Shown here piece after piece: positions 63,592 through 64,000 of a stretch of 64,000 nt of DNA. The notes under the pieces are model-generated. The model saw only the letters and a program-made list of their open reading frames with translations, was not told where the DNA came from and ran no database searches. Position 1 is the first letter of the stretch. The number at the start of each line of letters is the position of its first letter. The position numbers and the translations under genes are program-made. The DNA comes from Minisyncoccota bacterium (GTDB taxonomy: Bacteria > Patescibacteriota > Minisyncoccia > Phycocordibacterales > SBAW01), in the NCBI GenBank assembly GCA_035546615.1, contig DASZWM010000006.1, positions 1 to 64,000 on the forward strand. The letters run 5' to 3'.

Positions 63592-64000
63592 TTACCAATC
63601 CAATTCTCCAGTTTTATATTCCGTCACGCGTGTCTCGAAGAAGTTCTTCTCCTTCGGCATGTCGGCTATCTCAGACATCCAGGGGAACGGGTTATCGACA
63701 TGATACTGGCGCTCAAGCCCGATGCGCTCCAGCCGGCGGTCGGCCACGTGCTCGACGTACTGCTTCACGCTGGCCGGGGCCAAACCCAGCACCCCGCGCG
63801 GCAGCGCGTCGTCGGCATACTTCTTTTCAAGCTCCACGCCGCGCTTTATGTTGTCGGTCAGCGTCTTTTTGAATTCGGCCGTCCAGATCTCCGGATTCTC
63901 GGCCACGATGGTATTGATGAGGTCCGCGCCGAAAGCCAGGTGCACCGACTCGTCGCGCAGGATGAACTGGAACTGCTCGCCCACGCCCACCATGCGGTTC
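63592..64000 (-). CDS. Ribonucleotide reductase class I small (R2/beta) subunit, C-terminal part (N-terminus beyond window end)
   Basis: …GEQFQFILRDESVHLAFG… ferritin-like diiron motif (E-x-x-H), C-terminal tail. Confidence 0.7.
   Translation of the reverse strand, partial: NRMVGVGEQFQFILRDESVHLAFGADLINTIVAENPEIWTAEFKKTLTDNIKRGVELEKKYADDALPRGVLGLAPASVKQYVEHVADRRLERIGLERQYHVDNPFPWMSEIADMPKEKNFFETRVTEYKTGELDW

Overview
High-GC (roughly 60-65% by eye) bacterial chromosomal segment, dense with housekeeping genes and with the hallmarks of a reduced genome. Pentose-phosphate and glycolysis cluster: gap, rpiB, rpe, split transketolase, a PfkB kinase and fba. Translation and transcription core: rplY, rpmE, prfA, rpsB, a short tsf, tRNA-Thr(UGU), pheS and pheT (both short), thrS (catalytic core only), hisS, truB, rpmF, rpsP, trmD, rnc, rnr, rnhB, an in-frame rpoB-rpoC fusion, dnaG, rpoD, gyrB, dnaE and a short SMC. 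Several features (split Tkt, short EF-Ts, domain-trimmed aminoacyl-tRNA synthetases, many tiny tail-anchored hypotheticals) suggest a Patescibacteria/CPR-like lineage; this is an inference, not something I can show from the sequence. Scattered among the core genes are accessory features. An IS200/RAYT-like HUH transposase is bracketed by near-identical hairpins. Two strikingly AT-rich genes sit inside conserved operons and overlap the next gene by ATGA: a SemiSWEET-like PQ-loop transporter between pheS and pheT, and an HD hydrolase between the KH-protein gene and trmD. A surface-protein island holds a sortase, a CARDB protein with an Asp/Trp-rich insert, coiled-coil proteins and a DYVGTSYY-repeat protein. 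A NusB-Nudix fusion is present. A ~21-27-nt palindromic element occurs three times, twice in-frame inside essential genes (pheT and trmD) where it encodes the identical octapeptide SGLTKSRI. No rRNA, CRISPR array or reverse transcriptase was seen.
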